Below are positions 47,201 to 54,331 of a stretch of DNA of 64,000 nt, piece after piece (position 1 is the first letter of the stretch; each line of letters starts with the position of its first letter). This DNA comes from Clostridia bacterium (GTDB lineage Bacteria > Bacillota > Clostridia > Oscillospirales > CAG-272), in contig JAGANX010000037.1 in the NCBI GenBank assembly GCA_017623975.1, positions 310 through 64,309 on the forward strand, read 5' to 3'. The notes beneath the pieces are model-generated. The model saw nothing but the letters and a program-made list of their open reading frames with translations. It was not told the DNA's origin and did no database searches. The translations under genes and the position numbers were made by a program.

Positions 47201-47614
47201 CGCTTCGCTTTGGATAAATACACTTACATTTGGAATAGGCTTGCCTGTATTTTCATCAATGATGAGAATGGTGTATTCTGATTTGTTTGGCTTCGTGCCT
47301 GTACCGTCCCCACTATCAGATGGCTTGGAGCTTGATGTGGAGTTGTTTGTTGAGCCACTGTCAGGTGTGCTTGGTACAGTACAGCTACTGTCACTTGAAG
47401 CACCACTATTGTCAGAGCTGCCTGTTGATGGAGTGGTATCGGTTGAGCCACCGCTATTATCCACAGAGCCGGAGCCGCCAACAGAGCTATCAGGATTAGA
47501 CTGGGAAGAATTATCGGAATTACCCGTTCCTGAGCCGCAAGCGGACAACATCAGCATTACTGCTGTTACTACTAATGCAAGTAAGATTAGTAGCCTTTTG
47601 TTCGTCTTTTTCAT
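44201..47614 (-). CDS. 1137-aa tethered lipoprotein with an embedded TlpA-like CxxC thioredoxin domain and two copies of the DGYYH-type module
   Basis: Lipobox LSAC, an S/T/G/D tether and a prealbumin-like repeat. The Trx-like stretch is KAVMLNFWYTTCTYCIEEFPYIQAAYEKYGDDIEIIGINA (CTYC codons 46823-46834). Later: NEEDGYYHVGTKDGPLLL...CPVTEELKGYL and RYGYYCHLLPNGELG...VPVDKELGVMLQAL. Confidence 0.75.
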   Translation of the reverse strand: MKKTNKRLLILLALVVTAVMLMLSACGSGTGNSDNSSQSNPDSSVGGSGSVDNSGGSTDTTPSTGSSDNSGASSDSSCTVPSTPDSGSTNNSTSSSKPSDSGDGTGTKPNKSEYTILIIDENTGKPIPNVSVFIQSEAELGSGTAAWGKTAENGSVVLKAYPEDAKYVYVENFPAGYVHDDFYELGTTGVEIKVKTEIVPNEDNDFSGLQLGLGDVMYDFELTAYVYNKDTGMIETKQVKLSDLLANGKKAVMLNFWYTTCTYCIEEFPYIQAAYEKYGDDIEIIGINAYGADNDKNIRDFMEEFAKPGYYTEDGCALTFPMVKDVSGIQEAFGFTVNPCSVMIDRYGVISMIQVGGVLGERYFFNAFEHYVSSNYEQELYSSIYDLSPMVKPDIEMSPENEIKDAVVNGDINITFRPETDGEDAEYAWPFIVYEKDGEKCLASTNVDLDNSYCILYVDVELKAGEAIVFDYYASTQRLYDVLYVLVDGKDIYTISGRPMEDDDGNLLQEPWQTCCPWVATQDGTYEVAFCYIKDESDMDGDDRVYLDNFKVVDAKELEIETYIPRYAATDKYDDIFFETYVDVVFNEEDGYYHVGTKDGPLLLASLLGSNTQLSLLFPEEERFTVTTVLVDQGEFIYNGKDVYNSFIMYCNYASNSKLYGYCPVTEELKGYLDEFAKQKAAFGYDENTWLQLCSYYEAYGTASQLEDPIRGLTTFSAFDAVETLEGEEGFKNTVTYTQIIMPRGFLYKFVPTKSGVYRITSNATQEVNGWVFIGSFEQWVNENGGDRVLYLDSFTGERYCPELLVDPDGNGVYERDLTNCTMIGYFEEGVEYYIDIAYYDVYAAGTFTFDLKYVGETFDVFEEASPGVFSYDEISQEIIATGIDVKLCEDEDDPRYGYYCHLLPNGELGSIVYADFHFTTNIFGKQSLETLIEEGAFDMRMTETDREAYVYFKNYYEEGGKAALRELWGDNFDANWELYKMEDIIKGIYHGNGPDYTEAMRKYLDKLDDGTDGTSTEVIYPERQGCVPVDKELGVMLQALMDKFTFEGVKDSWTKLCYYYRPLTAPKSVDEKLADLNALLDSADVASEDIAGEIDALVQELYEALDHWTIVAVERSLVDIVTAEVYRLIEVDKAQQ

Positions 47615-47772
47615 ATCTTTTCACCTCATATAAAATACTATATATAAAAACGTCGTTAAATATAATAGCATACAATTGCAAAAAAATCAACAAAAAATTT
47701 TAGTTTGCTAAAAGAGTAACACACTGTTTACATTTAGTTTATAAATAATAAGTCGCCTTGCCTTACAACAAA

Positions 47773-49005
47773 TTAGAGCTTGCTTTTAAAAAAGCTTCTC
47801 AATTTTGAGCCCTTAGGGAACAATGTCATTCCCAAGGTGTTGATAAATTTGCTGTGGAAGAGCCTTTCCTTAAAGGAATTTTTCTTCCTGATTATGGTAA
47901 TCTCAGCATCTTTGGAATAGGTAATTTTAATACCCTTTTTCTTTTCAATGTAGGAAAGGGAGGCTGCAATATATTCATCGCAAGCATCATAATTTACAGA
48001 CACGTCCTGCCCCTTTTTGTAAATCCAACGCATTACGCTGTCAATGCTTTCAAAATTTTTACCAAGCAAGCCGGATGCAATATATCCATAGCTGTCCTTT
48101 GCCTTTGAAAGGCTCAGCTTTTCAATCTTATATTCACTCTTAACATATTCGCAAGCGCCGTCCTCCTTCAAGGCTTTTGCATAGGAGTAGTGGGTGCGCG
48201 CCATCATTTCATGCCAGCTTTTTATATCTTCCGAAATTTCTTGTGCGTATTTGTTATTTCCAATATTGTTTGAAATAGTTTTTAAGGTTTTCGTCATCGC
48301 ATCAACCTGTGCCACTAAGCTCAAAAAGGAGGAAACGGACACGCTTTGTTCATCATGTAAATGGTAAAAGTAGTACCCTGTGTGGATATTTTTAACCTTT
48401 TTGGCATGCTTGAAGGCAAAGAATGTATTCAAAACATCCTCAGCATAAACCTGTTTTTGCATAATTGCATCAGTTGCTTCAAGGTCAGCCTTTGCCCTTC
48501 TCAAAAGCTCTTTTTTGAAAAGCTTGTTCCACATAACGAAGTAGGACTGCTCTCTGCCGCACTGCGATGTGTATTTTTTCAAAGCCTCGTCACCCTCTAC
48601 ACAGAAGCTGTCGCTAATTGTGGAGTCACCCTTACAGGTGGCAACGCTTGCCTCGGTTTTAAAAGCCCAATCGTTTATAACTATATCACAGTCATCCGCC
48701 TCAGCAGCTTCAAGCATAGGCGCATGATAATTGAATGTAACGGTATCGTCCGAGTCAACAAACGCAATATACTCACCCTTTGCTATCATAATGCCGAAAA
48801 GTCTTGCTGCCAAAAGACCCCTATTTTCTGTTTTTACATACACCGGGTTGTACTTTTCCACTATTTCACGATAGTCTTTCGTTGACCCATCATCAATAAC
48901 CAAAACCTCATAGTCTTCAAGGGTTGAGGTGCAAATGCTATTAAGACACTTATCCAAATATTCCTCTTTCGTGTTGTAAACACACACAATGATACTAACC
49001 TTCAA
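47773..49005 (-). CDS. Family-2 glycosyltransferase with ~190-aa C-terminal extension
   Basis: 410 aa. N-terminus KVSIIVCVYNTKEEYLDKCLNSI, plus VLVIDDGSTKD and YIAFVDSDD (DxD). Confidence 0.85.
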   Translation of the reverse strand: MKVSIIVCVYNTKEEYLDKCLNSICTSTLEDYEVLVIDDGSTKDYREIVEKYNPVYVKTENRGLLAARLFGIMIAKGEYIAFVDSDDTVTFNYHAPMLEAAEADDCDIVINDWAFKTEASVATCKGDSTISDSFCVEGDEALKKYTSQCGREQSYFVMWNKLFKKELLRRAKADLEATDAIMQKQVYAEDVLNTFFAFKHAKKVKNIHTGYYFYHLHDEQSVSVSSFLSLVAQVDAMTKTLKTISNNIGNNKYAQEISEDIKSWHEMMARTHYSYAKALKEDGACEYVKSEYKIEKLSLSKAKDSYGYIASGLLGKNFESIDSVMRWIYKKGQDVSVNYDACDEYIAASLSYIEKKKGIKITYSKDAEITIIRKKNSFKERLFHSKFINTLGMTLFPKGSKLRSFFKSKL

Positions 49006-49149
49006 TTTTCTTACTCCTTTTTAATCAAAACGCATCAGAGATAGCGTTGGATTTCTTAATTACATTATACATTTTTTTCGTTTGCTTGTCAACTATGTTC
49101 ATTTTGTTCAATATTGTCAATTTTTTTACTCAAAATGATGCTTTATTTA

Positions 49150-49178
49150 TTGACTTTTCCTTAATTGTGCGTTATACT
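49150..49178 (+). promoter_or_regulatory. Sigma-A-type promoter of the hydrolase pair
   Basis: TTGACT (49150-49155), a 17-nt spacer, then TATACT (49173-49178). It lies downstream of the track's GTG/ATG at 49165, which argues for the ATG at 49213. Confidence 0.55.
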
Positions 49179-49212
49179 ATATGTAACTATATCTATGTAT
49201 AGGAGGATATTT

Positions 49213-51321
49213 ATGAAAAAAAGTATTGTTGGACTTGTTTTGTCAGTAGCATTGGTTCTATGCTTGTGCTTTTTGATTGTTGCTTGCTCTAACAACAGCT
49301 CCACTGACAGTTCAAGCAATTCCGATATTTCACAAAATTCAAATCAAGGAGGCGGCTCCTCTACGGACAGCACCCAGGGTGGTTCTTCTACGGACAGCTC
49401 AGGTGTTGGTCCCGGTCCTGACATTCCGCCTGTGGAGGAAAACAAAATCGTTCACCTTCCTCTTGATTACAGTACTATGACATATGTAGGAACATCCTTA
49501 AAGGATTTCTCTGCTATGTTTGATGAACAAAACGACCTTGGCGACCCTAAGGCCGACTTGGAAGTGGGAGTGTTTCCGAAATTCCCATCAACCTTAGTTA
49601 CTCTTTACGATGCTGACGGCAACGGCGATATTAACGCAAAGGACAGGGAGCATGTTTACGAGGTAACAATTGATTTGGGTACTGAGCATTACGTTGACTG
49701 CTTATATGTATTCTTTGAAAGCCCCGGGCACGAAATCGTTTTACAAACAGGTGAGCCCTTTAAATACAATAACGAGGTTAAGGCAACTGCCGCGGCTATC
49801 GGTTGGGCTAAGGTTACAATGGATACCACCACAAGATACATAAACGTAAGGTTTAAAAACGGCGAAGCTGTTACAGAGTTATTTGCTTACGGTAGGCGCA
49901 CAGGCGAATACGATAAGGTAAATACCGAGCCACACGATTATAGGGACTTTGATTACTTCCTCGGTATTAACGGTAACCAAGCCGATAAAAACTCAACCAT
50001 CGGTTGTGCAAACTATTTTAGAGATTACGTCAACTGGCTTTGGTGCTTTGATAGGTCCGTTTACCCCAATTCTCCCGGTACAACATTTACCGCTACTATG
50101 TCTGACCGTTATGACGTAACTTATATGATGCTCAAACAATTGGGTGTTGATGCGGTTCCTTGCTATATGTTCCGCCCTGATGATTTTACAACCTCTACCC
50201 TTGAAGACTATATGAAGCCCGAAACGTATGTTATGTACGGTGAGCTTATGTATCAATCCGCTTTAAGATTTGGATTTAACAAGGACAACACAAAGGATAT
50301 GATTAAGGTTCTCGGCTTGCAAAAGCGTTTTAACCTTGACTCTATCACTTGGATCGAGGCAGGAAACGAGCCAAACGGTGAAGGCAACGACGGTTTTTCC
50401 CCATACGAGCTTGCTGCATTTACCTCTACCGCCTATGACGGTCACTGTAACACAGTTATTGCCCCAACAGGCAGCGGTGTCGGCGTAATCAACGCAAATG
50501 CAAACGTAAAAATGTCAATGGCAGGCTTGGCTGGTGTGGGTGTAAGATATATTCAAGCAATGTCCTTCTGGATGGAGCATAACCGCCCCGATGGTGAGCT
50601 TGCGCTTGATGCGTTCAATGTGCATACTTACTGTAAAAAGCTTATCACATACAACGGATATCAGGTTTACGTTGGTGTTTGCCCTGAAATCGGCGAAATT
50701 ACAAAATATGTAAAGCAGCTTTGTGATTGGAGAGATAAATATTATCCCGATAAAGAGGTTTGGTTAACAGAATTTGGTTGGGACACTAATACAAGCTACG
50801 GCACAGAAAACGCATGTCACCCATACGCAGACTTTACAGCAAGAGAAATTCAGGCTATGTGGCTTGTACGTGCTTACTTTATGTTTGCGGAGGCGGGTGT
50901 TGACCGTGCTGCCATGTATATGGCGCAGGACTTAGGCGATGAAGCTACAAGTGTTGGTAAGTACGGCACAAGCGGTGTTATCGACTATTACGGAAATTAC
51001 AAGGATTCTTACTATTACATTTACACTCTCAAAAACACTATGGGAGATATGCACTTTGCAGAGGTTATAGATTCAGGTAATGAAAATGTTTGGATTTATC
51101 GCTTTGAAAACGGTAACGGTAAATCATGCTACGCACTATGGTGTCCTACAATGGACGATATTAGAGTAAACGGTTATACACTTAACATAGACGGCACGCA
51201 GGCTACAATGGTTGAATTTGCAAATGAGGATACAGATGGTGTTTCCACAGATTTAACCGTAAATAACGGTACTGTAACCGTAAATGTTAGTGAAAAACCG
51301 ATACTTATATTCAGCGAATAA
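49213..51321 (+). CDS. Lipoprotein: discoidin/CBM-like N-domain plus clan GH-A-like (TIM-barrel) glycoside hydrolase
   Basis: Start MKKSIVGL (AGGAGG RBS at 49201-49206), lipobox IVAC and an S/G/D tether. Candidate acid/base is WIEAGNEPNGEG and candidate nucleophile VWLTEFGWDTN. The GH family cannot be assigned by eye. Confidence 0.65.
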   Translation: MKKSIVGLVLSVALVLCLCFLIVACSNNSSTDSSSNSDISQNSNQGGGSSTDSTQGGSSTDSSGVGPGPDIPPVEENKIVHLPLDYSTMTYVGTSLKDFSAMFDEQNDLGDPKADLEVGVFPKFPSTLVTLYDADGNGDINAKDREHVYEVTIDLGTEHYVDCLYVFFESPGHEIVLQTGEPFKYNNEVKATAAAIGWAKVTMDTTTRYINVRFKNGEAVTELFAYGRRTGEYDKVNTEPHDYRDFDYFLGINGNQADKNSTIGCANYFRDYVNWLWCFDRSVYPNSPGTTFTATMSDRYDVTYMMLKQLGVDAVPCYMFRPDDFTTSTLEDYMKPETYVMYGELMYQSALRFGFNKDNTKDMIKVLGLQKRFNLDSITWIEAGNEPNGEGNDGFSPYELAAFTSTAYDGHCNTVIAPTGSGVGVINANANVKMSMAGLAGVGVRYIQAMSFWMEHNRPDGELALDAFNVHTYCKKLITYNGYQVYVGVCPEIGEITKYVKQLCDWRDKYYPDKEVWLTEFGWDTNTSYGTENACHPYADFTAREIQAMWLVRAYFMFAEAGVDRAAMYMAQDLGDEATSVGKYGTSGVIDYYGNYKDSYYYIYTLKNTMGDMHFAEVIDSGNENVWIYRFENGNGKSCYALWCPTMDDIRVNGYTLNIDGTQATMVEFANEDTDGVSTDLTVNNGTVTVNVSEKPILIFSE

Positions 51322-51355
51322 TTTTTACAAAAGGCATTTAAAAGGAGAAAACGAA

Positions 51356-53317
51356 ATGAACAAGCCGCAAAAAATCAGAATTACACCGGATATGCTTATT
51401 AATGACTTCGGTGTAGAAAAAATCGAAAACTATTTCTGTGAATTTGACAATGACGGTGACCCTCTATACGGTGAGATAGGTGCCGAGCCGCAAATCCATC
51501 AAAGACATGACCACTGGTGGATTGGTGAAAGTGACCTTTGCTTCACCGTTGATCTCGGTGCAGTTTACCAAATTACAAATATGTACTTCTTTAACAATTA
51601 TGATGCACACAAGCCCGAACAGGACCGGCACGATTACGGTGTTCGTAAGGTAAAGGTTAAGATGGGAACTCCGTTTAGCTGGGAGTATGATGAGGAATTA
51701 GCTCCTGAGGTTAGAAAGTGGACCGGCTTTGAAACCAAGCACGAAACACAGTTCATTAACTTCTCCTTTAACAATAACCAAGCACCTTCCGAAATTATCG
51801 TTTACGGCTACAAGGTTAAGGATGTTATAAAAGACGTTCCCGAGCGTGCGCCACAGGTTTACAAAAAGCTTGATAAATTTGTTGGTATGAACGCATTTGT
51901 TAACGATGCTGACGATATTTGCCGTGCTGTTACCTATATCCGTGAGTATCATCCATGGACATGGACAACCGTTCCGAATGGAGAGGACACCACTCTTGCT
52001 ATGGCTCCAAGCCTTAATAAGATGTGGGACTTTGATGAGTACTACACAAGAATGAAGAGCCACGGAATTAACGTTTGCCCTACTCTTTCCACACATAGCA
52101 GAAGAACACCTAAGGACTTGTCCCCAAATTCTTGGGCTCCTGAAAACTTTTTAAGCTATGCTTGTATGCTTTTCCAATTTGTTGCAAGATACGGCTCAAA
52201 CAAGGATATTGACCCATCTCTCATTAAGGTAGATGAAGGTCAAGAGGTGAAAATTGCCATGGGTGTGCTTGACGCAGTTGAGCCACTTAATGAGCCTGAC
52301 GGAACATGGCTTGGCCGTGAGCAATACTTTACCCCTTTTGAAATGGCTTCCTTCCTTAGTATGTGCTATGACGGACACGAGGGCTTGTACAAGAACTGCG
52401 GCGTTAAGCAGGCTGACCCTAACTTCTTAATGTCTATGTCAGGCGGTGCAGGTCTTTCATATGCAAGGTTGAAGGCTGTTGAATTTTGGTGCAAATGGAA
52501 CAGAAAAGACGGCAAGCTTCCCTTTGATGTAATTAACGCACACTGCTACTGCGGTAAAAAGCTGGACGAAAAGGGCGTTGCTGAGCTTGTTGACGTTAAC
52601 TTGGTTGACCGTGGTGACCAAACAGGTAACATTTTCGTTGGCGTTAGCCCGGAAGAAGGTAACATTACTGCTAACTTTGATTCAATCAGAGATTGGAGAG
52701 ACAGATACTATCCAAATATGGAAATTTGGCTCACAGAGTTTGGTTGGGATACTAACCAATCATATAAGACATCTACATCCTCCCACGCTTATGCAGAATA
52801 TACAGGAAGACAGGTACAGGCTATGTGGCTTGTTCGTGAGTACTTGCTCCTTTCCTCTATCGGTGTTGACCGTGCGGCTATGTATATGTCCCGTGACTGC
52901 GGTCCTGAGGAAACTGCTGTTGGTAAATACGGCTCATCCGGTCTTGTTCGTTTCCCAATTGAGATTACTCCAAACAACGTAATCCAAGGTAACAAGAAGG
53001 ATTCCTTCTATTATATCTACACTCTTAAAGAAACGCTTAAAGATTGTACCTTCGCAGGCGAGGTTGAATCTACAAATGCAAATGTTAGAATCTTCAAGTA
53101 TGTTGACGAGGCGGGTAAGGCAAAATACGCTGTTTGGTGCGTAACATCAGACGGTACAAAGGTACCGGGCTACATTTTGCCCGTTGGCGAGGGTGATTTT
53201 AGCCTTGTTGAATTCGGCTTTGAAAAATACAAGGGTAAGTGGACAGATATGGAAAACAAAAACGGTAAGGTTGTTGTTAACGTGTCTGAATGTCCTGTTT
53301 TTGTGGTTGAAAAATAA
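51356..53317 (+). CDS. Cytoplasmic paralogue of the preceding clan GH-A-like hydrolase (no signal peptide)
   Basis: Start MNKPQKIRIT (AAGGAGA RBS). It shows the same motif pair (EPLNEPDGTW, IWLTEFGWDTN) and collinear similarity to 49213-51321, e.g. DRAAMYM, VGKYG(T/S)SG, DS(Y/F)YYIYTLK. Confidence 0.65.
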   Translation: MNKPQKIRITPDMLINDFGVEKIENYFCEFDNDGDPLYGEIGAEPQIHQRHDHWWIGESDLCFTVDLGAVYQITNMYFFNNYDAHKPEQDRHDYGVRKVKVKMGTPFSWEYDEELAPEVRKWTGFETKHETQFINFSFNNNQAPSEIIVYGYKVKDVIKDVPERAPQVYKKLDKFVGMNAFVNDADDICRAVTYIREYHPWTWTTVPNGEDTTLAMAPSLNKMWDFDEYYTRMKSHGINVCPTLSTHSRRTPKDLSPNSWAPENFLSYACMLFQFVARYGSNKDIDPSLIKVDEGQEVKIAMGVLDAVEPLNEPDGTWLGREQYFTPFEMASFLSMCYDGHEGLYKNCGVKQADPNFLMSMSGGAGLSYARLKAVEFWCKWNRKDGKLPFDVINAHCYCGKKLDEKGVAELVDVNLVDRGDQTGNIFVGVSPEEGNITANFDSIRDWRDRYYPNMEIWLTEFGWDTNQSYKTSTSSHAYAEYTGRQVQAMWLVREYLLLSSIGVDRAAMYMSRDCGPEETAVGKYGSSGLVRFPIEITPNNVIQGNKKDSFYYIYTLKETLKDCTFAGEVESTNANVRIFKYVDEAGKAKYAVWCVTSDGTKVPGYILPVGEGDFSLVEFGFEKYKGKWTDMENKNGKVVVNVSECPVFVVEK

Positions 53318-53330
53318 TTTAATATTTATG

Positions 53331-53364
53331 AAAAGAAGCAAAGCGAGCTCGCTTTGCTTCTTTT
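53331..53364. terminator. Bidirectional intrinsic terminator
   Basis: aaaagaagcaaagcgagctcgctttgcttctttt is a perfect palindrome with A/T flanks between convergent genes. Confidence 0.85.
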
Positions 53365-53383
53365 ATATATTATAATTTATATA

Positions 53384-54331
53384 CTATATTTCACTAAAAT
53401 TAGTTTCCACAACCCTTTCACAGTTGTCCGGTGAGTATTTCCAATAATCTATATGTTTAATATTTTCGGTATCAAGAAAGAATTTTTCCTTACCCCGTGT
53501 AGATAATTCCGCCTCGTGGGTATCGATTATTACAAGCTTGATTTTCATTTTTTCAGGCATAATGCTTTTTATATACACGCTACACGCATCCCCTTGAAAA
53601 ACTCCTTCTTTAAGCTCTGCAAGGCCTGCTAAATTAGGAGCAAGCTCCACAAAAATGCCGTAGCTTTCCACACTCCTAACAATTCCCGATACAGTTTGAC
53701 CTACCTTAAAATTGCTTGCGTTTTCCTCCCACGTTCCAAAAAGCTCCTTGGTTGAAACGTAAATTCTGCCTGTTTCATAATCTATGCTTTTTACAATTAC
53801 ATCAAGCTCCTCTCTTGGAGAAAATCTGTCCCGAGGATTTGATATTCTTGACACGGAAATTGAATCTATGCATAAAAGCGAAGCTACGCCACAGCCCACA
53901 TCCACAAAAGCGCCAAATGGCTCAAAGTGTGTTATTTTTGCGGGAATTATGTCCCCGGGCACTAAGTCAAGAAGATAGTTTTCCATACACTCCCTTTGGG
54001 CTTCCTTTCGGGAAAGTATTGCATATGATTTTCCCTTTTCATTCTTTCCTATTTCCAAAATCTTAAAAGCAACAGGCTTGCCTACCCTTGTTATTATGGC
54101 TATATCCTTTATCGGCACACCGTAAACGCTTTCCTCCTTTGGTATAACAGCATCAATACCGCACAAATCAATATGCATTTCAAGCGTTTGGCTGTCGCAC
54201 ATTTTAACTATTCCTTCAAGTATCCTTCCCTCCTGCCTTGCTTTTTCAAGCATGGCCTCTGAGGAAATATACTCCCTGTTTTCCTTGGTACTTATTAATT
54301 TGCCTTCATAGAAATATTTATTTTCCCACAT
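53384..54331 (-). CDS. S1 RNA-binding domain protein
   Basis: 315 aa with at least two S1-like OB motifs (GDIIPAKITHFEPFGAFVDVG and VGQTVSGIVRSVESYGIFVELAPNLAGLAE). Confidence 0.75.
   Translation of the reverse strand: MWENKYFYEGKLISTKENREYISSEAMLEKARQEGRILEGIVKMCDSQTLEMHIDLCGIDAVIPKEESVYGVPIKDIAIITRVGKPVAFKILEIGKNEKGKSYAILSRKEAQRECMENYLLDLVPGDIIPAKITHFEPFGAFVDVGCGVASLLCIDSISVSRISNPRDRFSPREELDVIVKSIDYETGRIYVSTKELFGTWEENASNFKVGQTVSGIVRSVESYGIFVELAPNLAGLAELKEGVFQGDACSVYIKSIMPEKMKIKLVIIDTHEAELSTRGKEKFFLDTENIKHIDYWKYSPDNCERVVETNFSEI

Noticed and set aside
54295-54331. 37-nt overlap between the P-type ATPase 3' end and the S1-domain gene start as a possible frameshift or fusion
   Set aside because: Both frames are complete with their own start and stop. 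The simpler explanations are translational coupling or a slightly downstream true start for the S1 gene.
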